Source: Candidatus Latescibacterota bacterium
Lineage (GTDB): Bacteria > Latescibacterota > UBA2968 > GCA-2709665
Length of the DNA stretch: 64,000 nucleotides
Assembly: GCA_965208835.1 (NCBI GenBank)
Contig: OZ242358.1
Coordinates: 4,608,001 to 4,672,000 of the forward strand
Direction: 5' to 3'
Position 1 is the stretch's first letter. Each line of letters opens with the position of its first letter. The notes under the pieces are model-generated. The model was not told the origin of the DNA. It saw only the letters and a program-made list of their open reading frames with translations, and did no database searches. The position numbers and the translations under genes are program-made. Below, piece after piece: positions 9,742 to 19,191 of the stretch.

Positions 9742-10902
9742 ATGAAAATCACGGACGTAAAGGTCCTGCCGATCGACCGGTATCTCTTTGTGGAGGTCCA
9801 TACGGATGAGGGGATCACGGGGCTGGGTGAATCGGGCGCCTGGGGATACCTGGAGGCCTCGGCCGAGGTGGTGAAGAGTTTCAGGGAATACCTGATCGGG
9901 AAGGACCCCCTGCGTATCGAACACCACTGGCAGGTCCTGTACCGGTGTACGCACTTCCGCGGCGCGGCAATCATGGGCGCCCTGAGCGCGGTGGACATCG
10001 CCCTCTGGGATATCGCGGGCAAGTACTTCGGGGTACCGGTCCACCAGTTGCTGGGCGGCAAGTGCCGGGATAAGGCCCGGGTGTACGGGCACGTGATCGG
10101 GAGCACCAAGGAGGAGCTTCTCAAGGGCTGCGTGCAGGCAAAGGCGGAGGGATTTACCGCCGTGGGCCACCTGACGCCGTTTCTGGACGAGTCCCGAAGT
10201 GTACCCTATTACAAGACCCATACGGACAAGATTCAGGATGCCGTTCAGACCGTGGCCGCGTACCGCGAAGCGGTTGGCGACGAGGTGGACCTGTGCATTG
10301 AAATCCACCGCCGGCTGGACCCTGCCGAGGCGATCGTGCTGGGAAGGGCGATCGAACCCTATCGCCCCTTCTTCTACGAAGATCCCATCCGCCCGGACAA
10401 CCTCGACGCCATGGCCGAAGTCGCTCGGAAGATCGCGATACCCATCGCCACCGGGGAACGAATTCACACCATCTACGAGTTCGAAATGCTCCTGACGCGC
10501 AACGCGGTCCAATACGTCAGGCCGGACGTCTGCATGGCGGGCGGCATCACCCATTGCAAGAAGATCGCGGCCCTCGCCGAGGCGCACTACGTGGACGTGG
10601 TGCCGCACAATCCGCTCAGCCCGGTGAGTACGGCCGCGTGCGTTCAGCTTGCGGCGTGCATTCCCAATTTTGCATTGCAGGAGTACCCCAGGGGCGAAGG
10701 CGAACCGCCGAAGAGCGAGATCGTGTCCGGCGTTCTGACGCTGGAAGACGGATTCCTGATCATCCCGGATACCCCCGGTATCGGCGTGGAACTCGCGGAA
10801 GGCGCCGCGGATAAATACCCGTTTCTTTCGCACCGGCCGCTGCTGGATGAAGGGATGATGGTCACCAGGCTACACGTCGACGGGTCAGTGGTCGATCAGT
10901 AG
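9742..10902 (+). CDS. mandelate racemase/muconate-lactonising family sugar-acid dehydratase (galactonate dehydratase-like)
   Basis: MKITDVK..TDEGITGLGE, AVDIALWDIAGK, EIH, YEDP, ATGE, VPHN; ATG 9742 with RBS aaggag. Confidence 0.85.
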   Translation: MKITDVKVLPIDRYLFVEVHTDEGITGLGESGAWGYLEASAEVVKSFREYLIGKDPLRIEHHWQVLYRCTHFRGAAIMGALSAVDIALWDIAGKYFGVPVHQLLGGKCRDKARVYGHVIGSTKEELLKGCVQAKAEGFTAVGHLTPFLDESRSVPYYKTHTDKIQDAVQTVAAYREAVGDEVDLCIEIHRRLDPAEAIVLGRAIEPYRPFFYEDPIRPDNLDAMAEVARKIAIPIATGERIHTIYEFEMLLTRNAVQYVRPDVCMAGGITHCKKIAALAEAHYVDVVPHNPLSPVSTAACVQLAACIPNFALQEYPRGEGEPPKSEIVSGVLTLEDGFLIIPDTPGIGVELAEGAADKYPFLSHRPLLDEGMMVTRLHVDGSVVDQ

Positions 10903-10981
10903 CACGCATCTGAACGTGTGAACTGCGGAAGGTTGAACTTCACCCCGGACACGTGATATCTGATTCACAGGAGGACTCGCC

Positions 10982-11776
10982 ATGCTTGCGGGGATCACCG
11001 ACGAACAGTGGGAGCGGTTCGAGAACGAAGGATTTCTTCGCCTTGGAAAGGTGATGGACGACGACGAACTGGCGGGCCTGCAGCAGCGCATCGATGACAT
11101 CATGCTTGGCAGGGTGAAGGTCCACGATCAAATGTTCATGCAACTGGACAGTGAGTCCGGCGACTACGCGGAGAAGCGGATCACAACGAGAGGACACCAG
11201 GTTTCGACGTTGAACTATCGGAAAATTCAGGATCTGGAGTTCGACCCGCTGTTCCTGGCCTACATGCAGAAACCCGTTTTCCGCGAGATCTGTGCGAGGG
11301 CCTACGGTCCGGAGACGCCGATATCCAGCTATCGCGCCATGTTTATGAACAAGCCAGCGGGCAAGGGCACGCACCTGCCGTGGCACCAGGACCGGTTCAG
11401 CATCCTCGATACCGATCCGATCGTGACCGTATGGACGGCGCTGGACCCGGTGACGGTCGAGAACGGCTGCGTGGGAGTCGTACCGCGATCGCATCGCGCG
11501 ACCTTCGATCAGGATGAGGCCGCCAGCTTCGCCTTCCTGACCGACGAGCAGGCCGCTGTCGTGCTGGCAAGGGAAACGCACGAATACCTGGAGATGGAGG
11601 CGGGGGAAGCGGCCCTGCTGCACAATTGGCTGCTCCACGGATCGGGGATGAACAAAACCGACGCCTCACGGCGCGGGTTCAGCGTCTGCTACATGGACGC
11701 CGTCACCAGATCCGACAACGGTGCGAGCTTCTCGGTCATCTTCGGAGAGGACGCCCTGACTCCCGGGACGCTGTAA
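10982..11776 (+). CDS. phytanoyl-CoA dioxygenase (PhyH) family Fe(II)/2-oxoglutarate dioxygenase
   Basis: WHQD...ENGC...LLHGSG.N...RR facial-triad pattern. Confidence 0.9.
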   Translation: MLAGITDEQWERFENEGFLRLGKVMDDDELAGLQQRIDDIMLGRVKVHDQMFMQLDSESGDYAEKRITTRGHQVSTLNYRKIQDLEFDPLFLAYMQKPVFREICARAYGPETPISSYRAMFMNKPAGKGTHLPWHQDRFSILDTDPIVTVWTALDPVTVENGCVGVVPRSHRATFDQDEAASFAFLTDEQAAVVLARETHEYLEMEAGEAALLHNWLLHGSGMNKTDASRRGFSVCYMDAVTRSDNGASFSVIFGEDALTPGTL

Positions 11777-11812
11777 ACGGCGACACCGACACTTCCGTAC
11801 AGGTACTCACCC

Positions 11813-13828
11813 TTGGAAACCGCAGCCGCGAGAGCCCCGAATCCCCTCCATCCAGTGCCCGGCAATGAGACTGACGCGCGCGACGGCCTGACGCCGCGCG
11901 CGTTCGGTATCGGCCTCGTCCTGTGCGTACTCATGTGCGTTGGCCTCACCTACAACCGCATGATCACACAGGGCTCCTTCATTGGCGGCGGGTACTACAT
12001 GGACAGGGGCGCGCTGATAGTCCTGTTCCTCCTTATCGTGGCCGCCAATCCGCTGCTGGGCGCGATCAGGAGCAGGTTCGCCCTGACGCGCGGCGAACTG
12101 CTCGCCATATACGCCATGTTTCTCATTCTCCTGCCCGCGTGGGTGATGACAAAGCCGGTGATCCTCTATACGACCGGCGTCACCTACCACGCGACGCCGG
12201 AGTTGCGTCACATCGAGGCCGTGCCCCCTCACCTGCTTCCCTGGCTCGTGCCGCAGGGGGAGCGCATCGTAACGGATCTCTACGAAGGTCTGCCGAAGGG
12301 GGGTTCGATCCCGTGGCCGGGATGGGTCCTGCCCCTGTGGAGCTGGGGGTCGTTCCTTATCGTACTCTTCATTGTGCTCATCTGCCTGGGCGTGCTCATG
12401 CGCAGGCAATGGGAGGAACACGAACGGTTCGCGTTCCCTCTGATGCAGGTGCCGCTTGCGATGCTGGAGCCAGGAAGGGGCCGGTTCGCGCCCGTGTTCC
12501 GCAGCCGACTGCTGGCCGCCGGGTTCGCGGTCCCGTCTCTGGTCGGCACCCTTCGCGGGCTCCGGTACTACTTTCCAAACATCCCCGTCATCAACCTGGG
12601 GACACACGTTCGCATCTTCCGCCGGACGATGGTGCTGCCTTTCAAGGTCCACTTTCTTGTGCTCGCGTATTCCTACTTCATCAATCTGGACGTGAGCCTC
12701 AGCCTGTGGGTCATCAACCTGATCACAAAGGTGATTCGCGGTGCGCTGGCGATGGTTGGCGCGGGCCAGACCTGGGGGGTGTCCGGGGTCGTGGGACGTT
12801 ACAGTTCCCAGGGATCCGAGTTTCTGGCGATGATGGGGATGGGGTATATCCTCGCGCTGGCCGCGTACAGCCTCTACGTTGCCAGGGGTCACCTTCGGCA
12901 GGTGTGGGAACGGATACGCGGGCGTGCATCGCATCTGCAGGACGCTGACGAAATCGTGTCATACCGGTCGGCCGTGCTTGGCATTGTTCTGGGCGTAAGT
13001 TATCTTGGTTTGTGGCTCTATCAGGCTGGAATTTCGCCGCCGCTGGTTCTGTTTCTTCTTGTATCCAGTCTCATCGTCTTCTTTGTGATGGCGCGGATTG
13101 TGAGTGAAACGGGATTTGTCGCGACCTATTCTCCCCTCAATCCGTCCGAGTTCGTGGTGTGCGCGGTCGGCTCTTCGGCGTTCGGTCCGGCGGGCCTCGC
13201 CACACTGGGGATCAGCTACGTCTGGACGATGACGCGCAGAAATACGCTGATGCCGCACGCCATGGGCGCGCTTCGGCTGGCGCGCGAAATCGGAAGGAAG
13301 CGCGGGCTTGTCTGGGCAATGGGGGCGGCGCTGGCCGTGGGGCTGGTCGCCACGGGCTACACGACGTTGAATTTAGGGTATACGCACGGCGGCGTGAACA
13401 TCGACTATCCGTGGTTCAGCAACGTGAACGACGCGGCTTCTCCGTTTGACGAATTCATCGGACGCCGGCTGCTCGAGCCCAGCCCTGTCTTCACGGTGGG
13501 TTTTCTCTATACTGCCCTGGGTACCGGAGTTGCCGCCCTGCTGATCCTGCTCAGGATGCGGCTGCCGTGGTGGCCGTTCCATCCGGCCGCGCTGCCGCTC
13601 AGTACGGTGTGGTACATGGACTGGTTCGGTTTCAGCGTGTTCCTGGCGTGGGGAATCAAGGCGATCATCCTGCGGGTGGGCGGGGCGGACCTCTACAGGA
13701 AGGCGCGTCCGTTCTTTATCGGAATGATCCTGGGCGAGGTCATGTGCTCGGGTGGCTGGTCGGTGGTAAGCGCCTTTACAGGAAGGCTGAAAACCTGGCC
13801 GTTCATGGGCTACTGGAGCTCGTCGTAA
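11813..13828 (+). CDS. DUF6785/DUF6784-like multi-pass membrane protein, putative transporter (paralogue 1)
   Basis: Highly hydrophobic; GLT.RAF, RRQWEEHERFAFP, WWPFHP, FLAWGIK, PFFIGMILGE motifs. Confidence 0.8.
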   Translation: METAAARAPNPLHPVPGNETDARDGLTPRAFGIGLVLCVLMCVGLTYNRMITQGSFIGGGYYMDRGALIVLFLLIVAANPLLGAIRSRFALTRGELLAIYAMFLILLPAWVMTKPVILYTTGVTYHATPELRHIEAVPPHLLPWLVPQGERIVTDLYEGLPKGGSIPWPGWVLPLWSWGSFLIVLFIVLICLGVLMRRQWEEHERFAFPLMQVPLAMLEPGRGRFAPVFRSRLLAAGFAVPSLVGTLRGLRYYFPNIPVINLGTHVRIFRRTMVLPFKVHFLVLAYSYFINLDVSLSLWVINLITKVIRGALAMVGAGQTWGVSGVVGRYSSQGSEFLAMMGMGYILALAAYSLYVARGHLRQVWERIRGRASHLQDADEIVSYRSAVLGIVLGVSYLGLWLYQAGISPPLVLFLLVSSLIVFFVMARIVSETGFVATYSPLNPSEFVVCAVGSSAFGPAGLATLGISYVWTMTRRNTLMPHAMGALRLAREIGRKRGLVWAMGAALAVGLVATGYTTLNLGYTHGGVNIDYPWFSNVNDAASPFDEFIGRRLLEPSPVFTVGFLYTALGTGVAALLILLRMRLPWWPFHPAALPLSTVWYMDWFGFSVFLAWGIKAIILRVGGADLYRKARPFFIGMILGEVMCSGGWSVVSAFTGRLKTWPFMGYWSSS

Positions 13829-13905
13829 TTCGCCCATGGAACGGATGCGGACGGGCGACCCGGGGATCGATATTACATATGCAAGGCATACCTTAAGTGG
13901 AGAAT

Positions 13906-15930
13906 ATGATGCCAGAACGGAAACGGAAGCTCCGCCGCGCGGCGTTGTTGCTTTTTCCGGACGCCGTGCTGAACGAGGAGACGCTCGACCGGATCGTAAG
14001 CGAAGGATTCACCGACGTGGGCGCGGGCGTAGCGGTAACGCCGGCGGTCAAGCTCCAGGGCTTCTCGCTGGCGCAGTCGGAGAGGCTTGCCCGGATGTGC
14101 GAGGATCGGGACCTGGGGTTCATCGCATTCACAGGGTACATCAAGTATCAGGAACATCTGGTGGCGAAAGAGCCACACCGGCTGATGCATATGGCCGGCG
14201 ATAGCGGTGTACTGGATCTGGACGGATTGCCGGTCCGGTGGTTGTGTCCTTTTCGCCCTGAAAACAAGGCCCACTACCTGTCCCTGCTGATGGAAATCTG
14301 CCAATGGGGGGCTACATGTGAAATTCACCTTAATGACGAGGCGTGTCTCGGGTTTGGAGACGGAACGATCGGCTGTTACTGCGATTTCTGCGAGGCTGAA
14401 TTCCACAAACGGACCGGCGTCAAGCCTCCCCGGCCTGCGGATTGGGATGACCCGCTGTGGTATAAATGGCTGGAAAGCCGCTTTGAAAACTGGGAGGCGG
14501 TGCACTCAGAGCTTCGAAGCGCCATCAAGGATGTCCGTCCCGACGTGACTGTGGGCATCCAGCACAGTCCCGCCATCCCCGAGCGGAATTACAATTCCTG
14601 GCAGACGGCCATCCGCCTCGCGCGCGACGCGCGTTTACAGGACGTTATCGCCACGGACCCTTATCATTTCAATCACGACAACCTCATCCTGCACCGTCCC
14701 CACCGCAGGATCCTTTCGGAGACGACGAGAAGCCTTATGGGTGCCTGTATGGACCGGCAGGTGGATATCTATCCGCAGGGCTTCATGCCGCCGGAGCAGG
14801 CCGTTCCAATGGGCAGGCAGGACGGCCTGCTGGCTGGCGTGGTGCCGTTCGCGCTCGGCGCGGATCTGGTGATGCCGTTTACATACGAGCAGATGAAGAT
14901 CATCCCCGGGTATTTCGAAGCCTTCGACGAGACCCGGCGACTCCTGCCGATGTTCGCGTCACACAGCCCATACAGCTTCGCCACGATGATCATGCCCCAG
15001 CAGTCCGAGATCACCGGCCATTACGAGTCCAACTGGGGACATGAAGGCTTGATCCGGATGGTCGATATGGTCTACCGTACCGGCCTGCCATGGCGCTGGT
15101 TCTGGGACCAGCGGCTGGACGACGCGGGCGATCAGCTGAGCGGCCCGGTCATTCTCCCCGAGGTGCATTGCCTCACGCAGTCCCAGCTCGATTGTGTCAA
15201 TGCGGTTGCGGAACGCGGAGAGGGGCTCCTGTGGATCGGCAACCGGCCGGCCGCTCCCTGGGCAGGGAATGGCGCGTGCAGGCTGCCGTGGGAGGTCGAG
15301 TCGGGCATCTTTGAAGTCGATCTCTTGCGCAACCATCCGCTCACAGAGGGACTGGAACATCCCGTGATCCTGACGACGCGGGTGGCAGGCGGGTATCCGG
15401 AGGGCCAGGTGCTGGGGACCGTCGATGGCCGGCCGGCCCTGGTGCTGGTCGAAGAAGGATCCCGGAGGGAGGCCTGGCTTGCGGGCATGCCTGCCGTGAA
15501 ATATACGGGAAACGTCCCTGGAATGTCCTTTATGGAGGAGACGTCCAACGTGGCGTTGCTGAGGAGACTGATCCTCTGGGCGGCTGGTCGAAGGCCCCTT
15601 GCTCGGTTGACTCCGTTTCCGCCCGTGGACGATTACCGATCGCTGCGGCCGACCGACCGGCGGGCCGTGCCCACCATCGAGATGCTGCCGATGGTCAAAG
15701 ACAGTGATTCGCTGCTGGCCATCGTGTTCCCATATACGCCGGTAAGGAGCGAGACGGAGCTGGAGGTCGTCCTTCCCGAGGGAAAGAGCGCGCACGACGT
15801 CAACGAGATCTGGTCCGGCGCGAACTGGAATGACCGCGTGATATCGGCGAAAGACGGAACGATACGGATACCGCTGGATATTCCCGGCGATTGCGACCTC
15901 CTGGCGATCCACGTAAGGATGGAATGCTGA
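13906..15930 (+). CDS. GH42-like TIM-barrel glycoside hydrolase, paralogue of 6768..8870
   Basis: FTGYIKY, WLCPF, LNDE, CYCDFC, DPYH and PQGF match motifs of the upstream paralogue. Confidence 0.65.
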   Translation: MMPERKRKLRRAALLLFPDAVLNEETLDRIVSEGFTDVGAGVAVTPAVKLQGFSLAQSERLARMCEDRDLGFIAFTGYIKYQEHLVAKEPHRLMHMAGDSGVLDLDGLPVRWLCPFRPENKAHYLSLLMEICQWGATCEIHLNDEACLGFGDGTIGCYCDFCEAEFHKRTGVKPPRPADWDDPLWYKWLESRFENWEAVHSELRSAIKDVRPDVTVGIQHSPAIPERNYNSWQTAIRLARDARLQDVIATDPYHFNHDNLILHRPHRRILSETTRSLMGACMDRQVDIYPQGFMPPEQAVPMGRQDGLLAGVVPFALGADLVMPFTYEQMKIIPGYFEAFDETRRLLPMFASHSPYSFATMIMPQQSEITGHYESNWGHEGLIRMVDMVYRTGLPWRWFWDQRLDDAGDQLSGPVILPEVHCLTQSQLDCVNAVAERGEGLLWIGNRPAAPWAGNGACRLPWEVESGIFEVDLLRNHPLTEGLEHPVILTTRVAGGYPEGQVLGTVDGRPALVLVEEGSRREAWLAGMPAVKYTGNVPGMSFMEETSNVALLRRLILWAAGRRPLARLTPFPPVDDYRSLRPTDRRAVPTIEMLPMVKDSDSLLAIVFPYTPVRSETELEVVLPEGKSAHDVNEIWSGANWNDRVISAKDGTIRIPLDIPGDCDLLAIHVRMEC

Positions 15931-16161
15931 GCGTTTTCCATAAACCCCTATTCGAAAAAGACAGTGGCGCTGCGCCGCGGAAAAAGCTTCCGAAATGGGA
16001 CGTAAACGCCGTCCGGAAAGGACGCCTTTTCCGCTCACGTTCAGTGATCTGAAGTATCCTGGTAATCCGTTGTCAAATCGCCATTATCCAATTGCCTGTA
16101 TTCGATTTGACGTCCCGGAAAAGTGACGAATCAATGTTAACGGTTCGGAGGTGGCGGGAAG

Positions 16162-18141
16162 ATGGAATGGCGTCCCCGAACGGACGTACAGAATTCCGGA
16201 ATTCCGGAAGCGAATGCGAAAGACGGGTTGTCGCCCCGGGCGTTCCTGATCGGCCTCGGACTGTGCGCTCTTCTTGGAATCTGGCTGACATACAACAGGA
16301 TGGTGGTCCAGGGCCCCTTTATGGGCTGGTACTTTCTGGACCGGGGCGTGCTTTTCGTCTTTTTCTTGCTGGCCGTACTGCTCAACCCGCTGCTCGGTCT
16401 GCTGAAGCGCCGCTACGCCCTGGGCCGGGGCGAGTTGCTGGCCATCTATGCAATGCTGCTGCTCCTGATGCCCGCATGGGCGATGACCAAGGCATTGCTC
16501 GGGTTCATGACGGGCGTAACCTACTATGCGTCTCCCGAGATGCGGCACCTCGAGGCTGTCCTGCCCTACTCCCTGCCGTGGCTCGCGGTGCTGGACGCCG
16601 AGCCCGTCAGATGGCTGTACGAAGGATTGCCGAAGGGCGGTTCGGTGCCCTGGTGGGCGTGGGTGGTCCCTCTGTGGAGCTGGGGTTCGTTCCTGGTCGC
16701 GCTGTTCGTGGTACTCGGCTGCGTGGCGGTGATCCTCAGAAAACAGTGGGAGGAACACGAGCGATTCGCCTTCCCCATCATGCAGGTTCCCCTTGCGATG
16801 GGCGAACGCGGCGACGGTTGGATCGGACCGCTGTTCCGAGGCCGGTTGATGTGGTCGGGGTTTGCGATTCCGTTCGCCATCGGTTCGGTGAACGCGCTGC
16901 ACAGCTATTACCACACACTGCCCCGGATAAGCCTGCGCGCGGTGATCTGGATCTTCCGGCGCGCGATACCGATGTCAATCAGGCTCAACTTCGCGCTGCT
17001 GGGTTATGCTTATTTCGTGAACCTGGACGTGAGTCTCAGCATCTGGCTCCTGAACGTTATCGCCAAATGCATAAACGGCGTGTCTGCAATGCTGGGCGCG
17101 GAACGCTACGGCGTTTCCGGGATGGTAGGGCGGCACAGCTCCCAGGGGTCGGAGTTCCTGGCGTTCATGGGCATGGGGTACATGCTGGCGCTGGCCGGGT
17201 ACAGCCTGTGGATTGCCCGGGGCCACCTGAAAGCCGTCTGGACGAAGGTGCTGGGACGCCCGTCACATCTGGTCGATTCGGAGGAGGTGCTACCCTATCG
17301 GACGGCGGTGGCCTGTGTCTTGATGGGCACGCTGTATCTGGGATGCTGGCTCTACCAGGCGGGACTGCCGCCGCATGTAATTGCACTCCTGTTTATCGCC
17401 TCCTTTGTCGTCTTTCTCGTCCTGGCGAGAATCGTCAGCGAAACCGGCTATGCCGCGACCTATTCGCCATTGAACCCGTCGGAGTTCGTCGTATGCGCGG
17501 TGGGTTCTTCGGCGTTCGGTCCCACCGGTCTGGTAACCGCAGGCGTGGGTTACGTGTGGTCGATGACCCGGCTGAACACGCTGATGCCCCGCGCTTCGGC
17601 GGCGCTCAGGTTGGCGCGGGAAATGGGACGGACTCGGGGACTGATCTGGGCGATGGGCGCCGCCCTGGCCGTGGGGCTGGTTGTCGCCAGCCATACCACG
17701 CTGGATCTCGGATACGCGCACGGGGGCCGAAACCTCGACTACTGGTTCCGCGACGTGAACGACGCCGCGTTGCCGTTCGACGAATACGTGGGACGCCGGC
17801 TGCTGGATCCCAGCCCGGTTTTCTACAGGGGATTCGCATATACCGGACTGGGACTGGGTCTTGCCGCTCTGTTCATGGTCCTGCGAACGCGCCTGTCATG
17901 GTGGCCCATCCACCCGATCGCCCTGCCTGTAAGCACGATATGGATGACAGAACACTATTATTTCAGTATCTTTCTGGCGTGGGGCATCAAGGCGCTCGTG
18001 ATGAAGTTCGGCGGGGCGACCCTGTACCGGAAGACCAGGCCGTTCTTTATCGGGATCATCCTGGGCGAGGCGGTCTGCCTGGGCACGTGGAGCCTCATCG
18101 ACTTTGCCACCGGAAAGGTCGGCAATATGTCCCTTCTTTAG
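16162..18141 (+). CDS. DUF6785/DUF6784-like membrane protein (paralogue 2)
   Basis: Same motifs as 11813..13828 and collinear with it. Confidence 0.8.
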   Translation: MEWRPRTDVQNSGIPEANAKDGLSPRAFLIGLGLCALLGIWLTYNRMVVQGPFMGWYFLDRGVLFVFFLLAVLLNPLLGLLKRRYALGRGELLAIYAMLLLLMPAWAMTKALLGFMTGVTYYASPEMRHLEAVLPYSLPWLAVLDAEPVRWLYEGLPKGGSVPWWAWVVPLWSWGSFLVALFVVLGCVAVILRKQWEEHERFAFPIMQVPLAMGERGDGWIGPLFRGRLMWSGFAIPFAIGSVNALHSYYHTLPRISLRAVIWIFRRAIPMSIRLNFALLGYAYFVNLDVSLSIWLLNVIAKCINGVSAMLGAERYGVSGMVGRHSSQGSEFLAFMGMGYMLALAGYSLWIARGHLKAVWTKVLGRPSHLVDSEEVLPYRTAVACVLMGTLYLGCWLYQAGLPPHVIALLFIASFVVFLVLARIVSETGYAATYSPLNPSEFVVCAVGSSAFGPTGLVTAGVGYVWSMTRLNTLMPRASAALRLAREMGRTRGLIWAMGAALAVGLVVASHTTLDLGYAHGGRNLDYWFRDVNDAALPFDEYVGRRLLDPSPVFYRGFAYTGLGLGLAALFMVLRTRLSWWPIHPIALPVSTIWMTEHYYFSIFLAWGIKALVMKFGGATLYRKTRPFFIGIILGEAVCLGTWSLIDFATGKVGNMSLL

Positions 18142-18210
18142 TAGCTGTCTTAACGATTCAAATTTCCAGCGATAATCGACTGATCACTTCATCCAAAAGG
18201 AGCCATACCG

Positions 18211-19113
18211 ATGCTTTCTCAGGAACAGGTTGATTTCTATCATGCCAATGGTTATCTCGGCGTGGATGGCGTTCTTTCCGGTGAGGAAGTCGCGGAACTT
18301 CGCCGGGTCACCGATGCGTTTGTCGAAGCGTCGAGAGAGGTCACCGAGACCGACAAGGTATTCGACCTGGAACCGGGCCATACGCCGGAAAACCCGCAGT
18401 TGCGACGTCTCATCGACCCGTCCTTGCAGCACGACGTGTACGCCCGGGGCCTGCGCCACGAAAGGATCCTGGACATCATCGCGCAGCTCATCGGCCCCGG
18501 CATCCGGACGAATGGAGACAAACTCAACATGAAGTCCGCGGAGGTGGGCAGCCCGGTGGAGTGGCACCAGGACTGGGCGTTCTATCCGCACACCAACGAC
18601 GACCTGCTCGCGGTCGGCGTCGCCATAGACGATATGACCCTCGAGAACGGCTGCCTGCTTGTCGTTCCGGGGTCTCACAAGGAGCGCATACACGACCACC
18701 ACCTCAACGGCCGTTTTGCAGGCGCGGTTACCGAGCCGGACTTCACCGGTGAGGGCGCCGTCCCGATCGAAATCAAGGCCGGCGGCATCTCCATCCACCA
18801 CGTGCGGACGCTGCACGCATCCGCCCCGAATACTTCCGGGAAGCCGCGGCGTTTACTGCTGTATATGTATTGCGCGGTCGATGCCTTTCCGCTGGTCCAA
18901 CCCATTGTTACCTGGGAAGAATTCAACGGTAAAATTCTGCGCGGGGAACCCACACGGGAACCGCGCATGGTCGACGCCCCTGTCCGGCTACCGCTTCCTC
19001 CGGCGGAGCGCACGGGATCCATATATGAAATCCAGACCATTCTCGAGGAGAGTAAGGTAACTCCCGATGATGTGGATTCCCGGAGTGAAACCGCCGCTGT
19101 TGCTACGAGATAG
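18211..19113 (+). CDS. phytanoyl-CoA dioxygenase (PhyH) family protein
   Basis: EWHQDWAFYPHTN, ENGCL.VVPGSH, RTLHASAPN..KPRR; RBS aaggag. Confidence 0.9.
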   Translation: MLSQEQVDFYHANGYLGVDGVLSGEEVAELRRVTDAFVEASREVTETDKVFDLEPGHTPENPQLRRLIDPSLQHDVYARGLRHERILDIIAQLIGPGIRTNGDKLNMKSAEVGSPVEWHQDWAFYPHTNDDLLAVGVAIDDMTLENGCLLVVPGSHKERIHDHHLNGRFAGAVTEPDFTGEGAVPIEIKAGGISIHHVRTLHASAPNTSGKPRRLLLYMYCAVDAFPLVQPIVTWEEFNGKILRGEPTREPRMVDAPVRLPLPPAERTGSIYEIQTILEESKVTPDDVDSRSETAAVATR

Positions 19114-19191
19114 GGCGAGGAGATTGCGACGGTACGATATCCGGTCAATGGTCGAGATCCAGGAATTGCGGTAAAAACGAGGACGTGACGG

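Noticed and set aside
77-10833. Long antisense ORFs (e.g. 77..1279, 5391..6689, 9667..10833) and similar ones elsewhere
   Set aside because: They are shadow ORFs opposite well-supported genes, typical of high-GC codon bias, with no recognisable domains.
16092-18233. 713-aa alternative-frame ORF overlapping membrane paralogue 2
   Set aside because: It is Arg/Gly/Ala-rich with no motifs, as expected for a shifted frame of a GC-rich hydrophobic gene. The equivalent frame is broken in the other two paralogues.
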